This document shows positions 7,821 to 14,672 of a stretch of 14,672 nucleotides of DNA, in pieces (position 1 is the first letter of the stretch; each line of letters opens with the position of its first letter). This DNA comes from Candidatus Jordarchaeales archaeon (GTDB taxonomy: Archaea > Asgardarchaeota > Jordiarchaeia > Jordiarchaeales > Freyrarchaeaceae): contig JAWCFL010000042.1 in the NCBI GenBank assembly GCA_038858525.1, forward strand, positions 1 through 14,672, given 5' to 3'. The notes beneath the pieces are model-generated. The model had not been told where the DNA came from. It made no database searches and saw nothing but the letters and a program-made list of their open reading frames with translations. The position numbers were made by a program, and so were the translations under genes.

Positions 7821-8262
7821 CTACCTCACCGCTTTCCCTTTCAGAGGTAAAAACCGTAGGTATTTTTCTCGTAGCCCTAGTTTTCCCCGAGTAGCTTGGA
7901 GGAATGTACACCGGGACTAATTTGCCGCGCAACTTCTTGTGAGCGCTCAGGTCTCCAGATGGAAAAACTCCGCGCAAACCACCTTGAAGAGCAAGTCTAC
8001 CGGCAAGTTTTCCTTTACGATTAGCAAGTCTACTTTGTCTTCGATTACTCCGAGCTCGCAGGCTATTTAGGGCGCTGTCACCCCCATGCATATGGGGTCT
8101 AGTGGGGGTTCGAAGCTTAACGGCTAAATCTGCGTCGCTTATGGTTGGCGTATTTCCGCGTGCGACCGTAGATCACGGCAAACTCCACGTCTTCAGGCTT
8201 CTCGAAGAAGCCCTTAAGAGGGGCGGACTATGTGGTTTGCCCGGGCAAGTCGCTGTTTCCAA
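7821..8262 (-). pseudogene. Degraded minimal nucleotidyltransferase (MNT/MntA antitoxin-like, Pol beta superfamily)
   Basis: Hand translation of the minus strand gives three consecutive pieces in different frames. These are LKGFFEKPEDVEFAVIYG (8218-8165), ARGNTPTISDADLAVKL (8163-8113) and IACELGVIEDKVDLLIVKENLPVDLLFKVV (8066-7977), then ...LGLREKYLRFLPLKGKAVR* ending at 7821. Together they rebuild the MNT pattern G-S-x-ARG...SDxDLAV...KVDL. Frameshifts fall near 8164 and 8112, with an in-frame TAA at 8067-8069. The 5' boundary is approximate. Confidence 0.68.
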
Positions 8263-8406
8263 TAAAGACCGCGCTAAACTGCTCGAAGCACTATTTAAGT
8301 TTAGGTGTACTATGATTATCTGGACACGACTAGTGAGTGGAGGCGATGGAGTATTACTGTTTTTTCGCGGCATCATAGTGTTCTCGGTGAGGGGGTGTGT
8401 GACTGA

Positions 8407-9726
8407 GTGGTTTGGCTCGTGTTTTATGGTGGAGTGGGCGAGGTTGGAGGTAACAAGGTTTTGCTTGAGGACGAGGATGCCAAGATTTTCCTGGATTTTG
8501 GTGTTTCCTTCGCCCAGATGGGGAAATTCTACTCTAAACCCTTCCTCTCCCCTAGGAGGAAGGAGGGACTGGTGGAGCTCGGAGTTTTACCTCCCCTCAA
8601 GGGAATTTACAAGTTTGACAAGTTTGAAGCTTCATTTGACGCCATAGTAGTCTCTCACGCCCACATGGATCACGCCGGCTTCCTCCCCATAATTAAGGAG
8701 GGGATCCCGGTTTTCTGCGGAGAGACAGCCGCCATAATAATGGACGCCTTCACGAAAACGGGGAGATGGATGATAGGGAAGGAGGGTAGGAGAGACGGGT
8801 TTAAGACGTTTAGAACAGGGGGGAGGCTTAAGGTGGGCGGCGTGGAGATCAGGCCTTTTCACGTCGACCATTCTGTTCCCGGCTCCTACGGCTTCGTCAT
8901 TCATACTTCGGAGGGGACTGTGGCTTACACTGGTGACTTTAGGATGCACGGGGCTAAGAGCGATTTAACAGAGGACTTCGTGAGGGCGGCCGAGGAGGAG
9001 GGCGTCGACGTTCTGATAACGGAAGCCACGAATATTTCAAACGCCTACGTTTCCTCCGAGTGGGAGGTCAAAGAGAAGATCAATTACATAGTGAGTAACA
9101 CTGACGGATTAGTTGTAGCTTACTTCGCCAGCACGGACATTGACAGGCTTAGAACGTTCTACGATGTGGCTGAAAGGAACGGGAGGAAGCTGATAGTGTC
9201 GGTGAAACAAGCTTATCTCTTAAGCAGGCTGAAGTGCGACTCGCACCTCGAAGTTCCATGCTTGAGCGGTGAGCGACTCATGGTCCTCAGAAAGAAGAAG
9301 GAGAAATACAAAGATTGGGAGAAAGAACTACTGGAGAAAGAGGCGAGCATCGAGGCGAGCGAAGTTTCAAAAATACAGGATAAGGTGATACTCGTCGCCT
9401 CCCTATACGATTTCGAGGAGCTAATTGACGTCAAACCCATGCCTGGAAGCTGCTACATTTACTCCTCGTCCGAGCCCTTCAACGAGGAAATGGAGTTAGA
9501 CTTTAACAAGATGAGGAACTGGCTAGACCACTACGGTCTCCCCCAGTACCACGTGCACGTCTCAGGCCACGTGATGCCAGTCGAACTAAAAAGGGTCGTG
9601 GAGAGAATAAAGCCCAGGAAGGTGTTCCCCGTCCACTGCGAGCAGCCGGAGGTCTTCGCCAAGTTTATCAGGAAAATTGGAGCCGACGTTACACTCCCCA
9701 CAGTAGGGGAGAGGTACGCTGTCTAG
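8407..9726 (+). CDS. Metallo-beta-lactamase/beta-CASP protein, RNase J-like
   Basis: Motifs are FYGGVGEVGGNKVLL, LDFG, SHAHMDH (HxHxDH), DHSVPGS, YTGDFR, ITEATN, HVSGH and FPVH. The GTG start follows an in-frame TGA, with GGTGAGGGGGTG upstream. Confidence 0.9.
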   Translation: MVWLVFYGGVGEVGGNKVLLEDEDAKIFLDFGVSFAQMGKFYSKPFLSPRRKEGLVELGVLPPLKGIYKFDKFEASFDAIVVSHAHMDHAGFLPIIKEGIPVFCGETAAIIMDAFTKTGRWMIGKEGRRDGFKTFRTGGRLKVGGVEIRPFHVDHSVPGSYGFVIHTSEGTVAYTGDFRMHGAKSDLTEDFVRAAEEEGVDVLITEATNISNAYVSSEWEVKEKINYIVSNTDGLVVAYFASTDIDRLRTFYDVAERNGRKLIVSVKQAYLLSRLKCDSHLEVPCLSGERLMVLRKKKEKYKDWEKELLEKEASIEASEVSKIQDKVILVASLYDFEELIDVKPMPGSCYIYSSSEPFNEEMELDFNKMRNWLDHYGLPQYHVHVSGHVMPVELKRVVERIKPRKVFPVHCEQPEVFAKFIRKIGADVTLPTVGERYAV

Positions 9727-9737
9727 GTAGGAAAATG

Positions 9738-10805
9738 CTAGATGGGGCATAACGGGTCAGGGTTAAAAAAGGATCCTGTTTCGAGGTAGGCTCTCGCCCT
9801 GCACCCTCCAAGGCAGGACGTTTTAGAGGGGCACGAAGCACACTTACCCCTCAGCTTCCTCCAGTCCAGTAGCCCCATGCCTACCCGCTCACCGTAGAGC
9901 CTCCCCCAGCTCTCTGGCCCCCCATCCTCAAGTATGTTACCAACTTTAATGTCCAAGACGTCGCAGAGAAGAACGTCCCCTACCGAGTTAAGGTCCATAA
10001 CTTTATAGTAGCACCCCCAAACCTTGACGTGGCTCGAATCAGCTATTCTCTCAGCGAAGGGTGTGCAGCGGACCTCGGCGGGGTAGGACAGGCTGTCAGC
10101 CACCCTGCATATCTCGGCGAGAGCGTGCCTCAGCTGTTCCGGGCTTAATGCTAGGAGCCTGTTCCCCCTAGCGGCGCCGGAGGGCATCAGCGTAAGGAAA
10201 GACGCCATCTTCCCCCCGACTCCGCACGAGAACGAAACGAAGTCTCCTGCCTCGCGAACATTAAAGGACGTGAGCGCCATTACTGGTATGAAGTCTAGCC
10301 CCGCCAGCCTCATCACCTCAGCCGCAGCCAGTATTCTCTCCCAAGCCCCCTCCCCCCTCATCGACTCGCAAACGGGCTTCGACGCGCCATCAACGCTCAG
10401 CAGCACCCTCGCCTCGAGGCGGGAAAGCATCCTCGCAACCTCACCGCTCATCAAGAAACCGTTCGTCACAACCTCAACCATCAAACCCGAATCAACAGCA
10501 TACCTCATAAGCAGGGGGAGATCCTCTCTGAGGAGGGGTTCTCCTCCGACGAACGAGAGCATCTCCGCTCCAGCCTCAGCCACCTCAGCCACCAGGCGCC
10601 TCCCTTCATCCGACCCAAGCTCCCTATGGAAGCGACCCCTAACATAGCAGTGAACACAGACACCATTACACCTCAGCGTACACGGCCAGACAACCGCCTC
10701 GAGAGGAGCCAACGAAAACCCTCCATCAGAAATAGGAGAAACAACTCCGAGTCTCCAGAAGGGAGAAGGGGAAATAAAAGGGTTACCACCTAGATCTAGC
10801 GGCAA
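9738..10805 (-). CDS. Radical SAM protein with a C-terminal SPASM domain (PqqE/NirJ/Ahb-like architecture)
   Basis: It has WPCTLRCNGVCVHCY (CxxxCxxC), GGEPLLRED, TNG and SVDG. The SPASM cysteines are GC...GDVLLC...GKCASCPSKTSCLGGCRARAY...DPLC. Confidence 0.92.
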   Translation of the reverse strand: MPLDLGGNPFISPSPFWRLGVVSPISDGGFSLAPLEAVVWPCTLRCNGVCVHCYVRGRFHRELGSDEGRRLVAEVAEAGAEMLSFVGGEPLLREDLPLLMRYAVDSGLMVEVVTNGFLMSGEVARMLSRLEARVLLSVDGASKPVCESMRGEGAWERILAAAEVMRLAGLDFIPVMALTSFNVREAGDFVSFSCGVGGKMASFLTLMPSGAARGNRLLALSPEQLRHALAEICRVADSLSYPAEVRCTPFAERIADSSHVKVWGCYYKVMDLNSVGDVLLCDVLDIKVGNILEDGGPESWGRLYGERVGMGLLDWRKLRGKCASCPSKTSCLGGCRARAYLETGSFFNPDPLCPI

Positions 10806-10835
10806 CCCGGATCTCCCCGCGTTGGAGGTGTCTCT

Positions 10836-11705
10836 GTGGAGTTTAATGTGTCTCTAGCCCAAATTAACAGTGAGTGTGGAAACGTCGAGAAGAACCTTGA
10901 AAAAATGTGCGGGCTCATCGAGACCGCTGCAAGCTCAGACGCCAAGCTCGTCGTCTTTCCCGAAATGTCCCTCTGCGGCTACATGGTGATGGATGGAAAA
11001 GACTTCGAAACCTTTTACAGGTGCGTCCAGCAACCTGACAGTTACCCGGTGAGGAAGATAGCTTCAACCGCCTCCGAACTGGGAATACACGTGGTTTTCG
11101 GCGCCCCAATGGAAAACCCGGCGAGAAGAGGCGTCATCCATAACAGCGCAGTCCTAGTCGAGCCAAGCGGAAAAATACACGTCTACAACAAGTTGCACCT
11201 TCCAACGGGAAGATACGGAGAAGGAACATTCTTCGAGCACATGTACTGCAAGCCCGGGGACAGCCTAAAACTATGCAGCACCAGCCTAGGCAAAATAGGG
11301 CTACAAGTCTGCAGAGACTTCGCGTTCCCCGAAGCCGCAAGAGCATACTGCTATGCTGGAGCAGACCTGATAATCAACATCTCAGCAGCCCCACACACAT
11401 CAAAGCCCTTCTTCGACATGGTCCTACCAGTCAGAGCTTTCGAGAACGCAGCCTACCTAGTCTACGTCAACGCCGCAGGAGAACAACGCGGAGTCAACTT
11501 CTTCGGGCACAGCAGAATAATAGACCCCCTAGGAAGAACACTAACAGAGTGCAAAACGGGAGAAGAAGACTTCAAGACCGGAACCATAAACCTAGAACAC
11601 GAAAGAAAAACAAGAATGAAAAACCCAATCCTAAAAGACATGCTACCCTTCAAGCTCTACACCGAACTAACAGAAAAACTCAAAGAAGAAACAACCAACA
11701 CGTGA
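10836..11705 (+). CDS. Carbon-nitrogen hydrolase (nitrilase superfamily)
   Basis: The Glu-Lys-Cys triad motifs are VVFPEM, YNKLHLP and GLQVCRDFAFPE, followed by RAFEN, VYVNAAG and GHSRIIDPLG. A GGAGGTG RBS at 10824-10830 precedes the GTG start. Confidence 0.92.
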   Translation: MEFNVSLAQINSECGNVEKNLEKMCGLIETAASSDAKLVVFPEMSLCGYMVMDGKDFETFYRCVQQPDSYPVRKIASTASELGIHVVFGAPMENPARRGVIHNSAVLVEPSGKIHVYNKLHLPTGRYGEGTFFEHMYCKPGDSLKLCSTSLGKIGLQVCRDFAFPEAARAYCYAGADLIINISAAPHTSKPFFDMVLPVRAFENAAYLVYVNAAGEQRGVNFFGHSRIIDPLGRTLTECKTGEEDFKTGTINLEHERKTRMKNPILKDMLPFKLYTELTEKLKEETTNT

Positions 11706-11713
11706 AACACGCA

Positions 11714-11729
11714 GAAAAAGAAGAAAAAG
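11714..11729 (-). terminator. T-rich terminator candidate for the hsp20-thermosome transcript
   Basis: The minus strand reads CTTTTTCTTCTTTTTC within the 32-bp gap between the convergent stops at 11705 and 11738. Confidence 0.5.
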
Positions 11730-11737
11730 TTAATCTA

Positions 11738-13381
11738 CTAGAACTCGCCGCCCATCCCCGGCGGCATCCCCGCTCCGCCCTTCTCCTTCTCCTTTTCCTC
11801 CTTGTGAGGCTTGCTCGCTATCACATCATCGATCCTAAGTATCATTGATGCAGCCTCACTCGCACTCCTAATAGCGTGCCTCTTCACCCTGAGAGGCTCA
11901 AGCACACCGAGCTTAACCATGTCATCCGGCTTACCAGTCTGAATATTCAACCCGTAAGACACGCCACCCTTATCGTGCTTCGCCCTCAAAGCCACCAGCG
12001 CGTCAAGCGGGTCATGACCACTGTTCTCAGCCAAAGTCTTCGGCACCACCTCAACAGCATCAGCAAACGCCTCAATAGCCAGCTGCTCCCTTCCACCAAC
12101 AGACTCGGCAAACTTCCTAAGCTGCCTCGCCACCTCAACCTCAGCCGCCCCGCCACCAGGCACAATCTTCCGGTCCTCCACAGCATCCCTCACAACACAC
12201 AACGCATCATTAAGCGCCCTCTCAGCCTCATCCACGACATGCTCCGTCCCACCACGCACAACAATAGTCACCGCCTTAGGATTCTTACAGTCCCTCACAT
12301 ACACAACCTTATCCTCGCCAATTTTAACCTCCTCGACAAGCCCAGCCTCACCCAGCACACCAGGAGACAAGTCGTCAAGGTTCGTCACGATCCTACCACC
12401 AGTAGCCTTCGCAAGCTTCTCCATATCACTCTTCTTCACCCGCCTAACAGCAACAATCCCCGCCTTAGCCAAGAAATGCTGAGCCAAGTCATCAATACCC
12501 TTCTGGCAGAAAACCACATTCGCACCACTAGCCCTAACCTTCTCAACCATATCCCTCAAAATCTTCTGCTCCTCCTCGAGAAACATCTTCATCTGAGAAG
12601 GATCCGTAATCCTGATCTCAGCGTCAAACTCCGTCTTCTCCACCTCAAGAGGAACATCCACCAACGCAATCCTCGCACCCTTCACCCTCTTAGGCATCGC
12701 CGGATGCACAACCTCCTTATCAATCACCATACCCCTAACCAGCTCAGTCTCAAGCAAACTCTTACCCTGCTTCTTCAAAATGTTAACCATATCCCTATCC
12801 GCCTCAAACCGCCCATCCCTCTCCTCAGCAACCTGAAGAATAGCATCAACAGCAACCCGAGCAAGATGCTCCCTAGCACCAGCCACAACCTTACTATTCA
12901 TCGACGTCATAGCAATCTTCAAAAGAGACTCCCTATCATCAGGCCTAACATCCATAGCAATACCATTCAAAACCTCCTCAGCCCTATCAGCAGCCTTCTT
13001 ATAACCACTAACAATAACCGTCGGATGAATCCTCTGATCAAGAAGCTCCTCAGCCCTCCTAAGAAGCTCCCCCGCTATAATTACAGCCGTAGTAGTTCCA
13101 TCACCAACCTCATCATCCTGAGCCTTAGCAACCTCAACCATCATCTTAGCCGCAGGATGCTGAACATCTACCTCATCAAGTATTGTGGCGCCATCATTCG
13201 TTATTGTTATGTCTCCAAGTGAGTCGACGAGCATTTTGTCCATTCCCCTAGGTCCAAGCGTTGTTCTTACAGCCTCCGCAATCACTCTTGCAGCCATAAT
13301 GTTGGATCTTTGCGCGTCCCTTCCACGTGTTCTCTCAGCACCTTCCTTCAAAATCAAAACAGGTATCCCACTCACACTCAT
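11738..13381 (-). CDS. ths: Thermosome subunit (group II chaperonin); alpha/beta not resolved
   Basis: Motifs are [35 protein letters not shown] and LRIDDVIA, with a GMPPGMGG tail. A GGGGGTG RBS lies in the 19-bp gap after hsp20. Confidence 0.99.
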   Translation of the reverse strand: MSVSGIPVLILKEGAERTRGRDAQRSNIMAARVIAEAVRTTLGPRGMDKMLVDSLGDITITNDGATILDEVDVQHPAAKMMVEVAKAQDDEVGDGTTTAVIIAGELLRRAEELLDQRIHPTVIVSGYKKAADRAEEVLNGIAMDVRPDDRESLLKIAMTSMNSKVVAGAREHLARVAVDAILQVAEERDGRFEADRDMVNILKKQGKSLLETELVRGMVIDKEVVHPAMPKRVKGARIALVDVPLEVEKTEFDAEIRITDPSQMKMFLEEEQKILRDMVEKVRASGANVVFCQKGIDDLAQHFLAKAGIVAVRRVKKSDMEKLAKATGGRIVTNLDDLSPGVLGEAGLVEEVKIGEDKVVYVRDCKNPKAVTIVVRGGTEHVVDEAERALNDALCVVRDAVEDRKIVPGGGAAEVEVARQLRKFAESVGGREQLAIEAFADAVEVVPKTLAENSGHDPLDALVALRAKHDKGGVSYGLNIQTGKPDDMVKLGVLEPLRVKRHAIRSASEAASMILRIDDVIASKPHKEEKEKEKGGAGMPPGMGGEF

Positions 13382-13400
13382 AACCTAACACCCCCATTCT

Positions 13401-13946
13401 TTATTCTACTTTTATTCCATGACCTTTCTTCATTATTCGTGGGATCTTCACCTCCAAGATCCCGTTTTTATAACTTGCCTTAGCTTCGTCTGGTTTAACG
13501 GGAGAAGGAAGCTTGACGCGCTTATAATACTTGTTTCCCGCCTTTATTTCGAGTTCATCCTCAGTGCAGTTGACTGATATTTCGTCTTTCTCGACGCCGG
13601 GCGTCTCAGCGACAACTATGATCTCATTGTCGCCCTCGATGACATCAATCAGCGGCTCCCTAACCTCCCTTATAGGGGCTTCACTTGACGGGCGAGGAAC
13701 ATTACCGAACTCCTGTATTTCCGGTTTGCCGTCTGGCCCAATCTTTATGCTCCACCCCCACACTATGGGGCCCTTGACCTCGGTTCCATCCGGGAGACGA
13801 GTCTTGGGCAGTTCCTTGATCATTTTGTCCATGTCCCTGAAGGGCGACCTGAAGAAGTTCTCGAGCATCTCCTCGAAGTCCTCGAACCAGCTGCCGAAGA
13901 AGTCGTCGAAGGGGGACCGCCTTTTCTTCCGTCTTTCCCAACTCAT
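13401..13946 (-). CDS. hsp20: Archaeal small heat shock protein Hsp20
   Basis: It has GPIVWGWSIKIGPDGKPEIQEFGNV, REPLIDVIE and an alpha-crystallin domain (AETPGVEK...ASYKNGILEV), ending in the IxV motif IKVE. An AGGAGG RBS is at 13956-13961. Confidence 0.97.
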   Translation of the reverse strand: MSWERRKKRRSPFDDFFGSWFEDFEEMLENFFRSPFRDMDKMIKELPKTRLPDGTEVKGPIVWGWSIKIGPDGKPEIQEFGNVPRPSSEAPIREVREPLIDVIEGDNEIIVVAETPGVEKDEISVNCTEDELEIKAGNKYYKRVKLPSPVKPDEAKASYKNGILEVKIPRIMKKGHGIKVE

Positions 13947-14038
13947 ACGCTATATCCTCCTGTACCCCCTGTGTTGGCGTAGGAAGTTTCTGCTGAAGCC
14001 CTTGAGCTTCAGTCATCAAACGAGTGAAACAGCGCTTC

Positions 14039-14046
14039 TATATAAA
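14039..14046 (-). promoter_or_regulatory. TATA box of the hsp20-thermosome operon
   Basis: The minus strand reads TTTATATA, preceded by purine-containing GCGTAAGG. It implies a start site near 14016 and a leader of about 70 nt (inferred). Confidence 0.6.
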
Positions 14047-14049
14047 CCT

Positions 14050-14460
14050 TACGCCACGCAACAAAGCACCAACAACAAAAACTCAACAAGCAAAGCCTAC
14101 CAGAATAAACGCGCAGAAACCTCCCCCCAACAAACCACCAAGAACAAATACACTTCCGGAACAACGCTCCCAACAGGCAAAAACCCCGCACGCAAAACAA
14201 AAACGCGAACAAAAACAACAAAAAAGAAAGAAAAGCAACAAACAACAACAAAAAACATCAAAAAACCCGAAACAAAAACAACAAAAAAAGAAAAACCAAA
14301 AAACAACACAAAAACGAAAACAACCCCCCAAAGCCAAAAACACCAAAACAAACAAAAACAAAACTTAAAAAAACAAAAACAAACAAAAACACCAACCCAA
14401 GCAAAAAACTCCCAAAATGGGGACTGAAAAGGCAAGTAATGCTCGTGTGAAAACAACAAA
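14050..14460. repeat. Low-complexity A/C-rich (minus strand G/T-rich) intergenic tract
   Basis: By manual count only 10 of the 180 bases in 14221-14400 are G or T. There is no fixed repeat unit. Confidence 0.9.
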
Positions 14461-14477
14461 AGAAAAGAGCCGAACGT

Positions 14478-14499
14478 TGGATTGAAAAATAAAAAAATG
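14478..14499 (-). terminator. T-rich terminator candidate after the right-edge CDS
   Basis: The minus strand reads CATTTTTTTATTTTTCAATCC directly after the TAG stop at 14500-14502. Confidence 0.5.
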
Positions 14500-14672
14500 C
14501 TATATGAGGGACTTCTTTTTTAGGAGCTCGGCTATGATCTTCATTTCCTCTGGAGCCTTCGCCGACGCCTCAGAGAAAAGCACACGCCTAGCACCCATAT
14601 CAGGCATAGCCTTTATCATTTCCACGATTTTTGTTGTGAGCTCTTCCGGTGGTAGCCTGTCTAGTGCTTTGA
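14500..14672 (-). CDS. 3' end of a hypothetical protein (continues beyond the window)
   Basis: The open frame reads KALDRLPPEELTTKIVEMIKAMPDMGARRVLFSEASAKAPEEMKIIAELLKKKSLI* with a helical, protein-like composition and is followed by a T-tract. Confidence 0.6.
   Translation of the reverse strand, partial: KALDRLPPEELTTKIVEMIKAMPDMGARRVLFSEASAKAPEEMKIIAELLKKKSLI

Noticed and set aside
7955-7996. RNase P RNA-like phrase (AAACCACC...GAGCAAG)
   Set aside because: The universal GAGGAAAGUCC/GAGGAAACUCC and 3' AGAA...GGCUUA elements are missing, and the stretch is explained as antisense of the MNT remnant.
8342-8400. Fluoride riboswitch-like start GGCGATGGAGT upstream of the RNase J-like gene
   Set aside because: The required UUCGCC pairing partner and the downstream CUAAUGACUCC segment are absent.
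7697-8647. ORF-track calls 7697-7894, 7795-8091, 8102-8647 and 8173-8376
   Set aside because: None has a recognisable motif as a whole. They are off-frame or antisense readings of the MNT remnant and the 5' end of the 8407 gene.
8407-11705. PQQ-like cluster (MBL as PqqB, SPASM as PqqE, plus hydrolase)
   Set aside because: The MBL protein has beta-CASP/RNase J features, the three genes are convergent or divergent rather than operonic, and no PqqA/C/D is present.
11230-13180. Diversity-generating retroelement as the cause of the biased sequence
   Set aside because: There is no reverse transcriptase or template/variable repeat pair, and the changes are synonymous and spread over kilobases rather than adenine-specific in a short variable repeat.
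11273-13222. Long alternative ORFs 11273-11848 (191 aa) and 11876-13222 (448 aa) as overlapping genes
   Set aside because: Their first codon positions coincide with the wobble positions of the real genes, which almost never supply T on the + strand, so stop codons cannot form. Their H/N/L/P/R/Q-rich composition is a by-product of the skew.
14161-14420. CRISPR array or tandem repeat
   Set aside because: There is no constant 25-40 bp repeat with unique spacers, only irregular A-runs broken by C.
14009-14459. Phe/Val/Cys-rich or Lys/Thr/Gln-rich ORFs in the A/C tract, including the extension of 13531-14427
   Set aside because: They are open in nearly all frames because of low complexity and have no RBS or protein-like pattern.

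Overview
Archaeal chromosomal window. The evidence is a group II chaperonin, an archaeal Hsp20, GGAGG/GGGGTG ribosome-binding sites and TATA boxes. One CxxC...HxDH protein is of a type I associate with Asgard archaea, which is an inference. It holds ten complete CDSs: radical SAM with a TRAM-like tail, acyl-CoA ligase, SAM methyltransferase, a hypothetical protein, a secreted 5'-nucleotidase-type metallophosphoesterase, an RNase J-like MBL/beta-CASP protein, radical SAM/SPASM, a nitrilase-family hydrolase, thermosome and Hsp20. There is also a partial CDS at the right edge. Features the ORF track misses: (i) a frameshifted MNT-type nucleotidyltransferase (antitoxin-like) pseudogene at about 7821-8262; (ii) a hairpin-rich stretch at the left edge following a peptide tail that resembles the end of TnpB; (iii) a patch of extreme strand-specific A/C bias at silent sites that ignores gene orientation and switches abruptly inside the thermosome gene; (iv) a two-hairpin hsp20 leader that could hide the ribosome-binding site. 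No tRNA, rRNA or CRISPR array was recognised. All family assignments come from motif recognition, not database searches.
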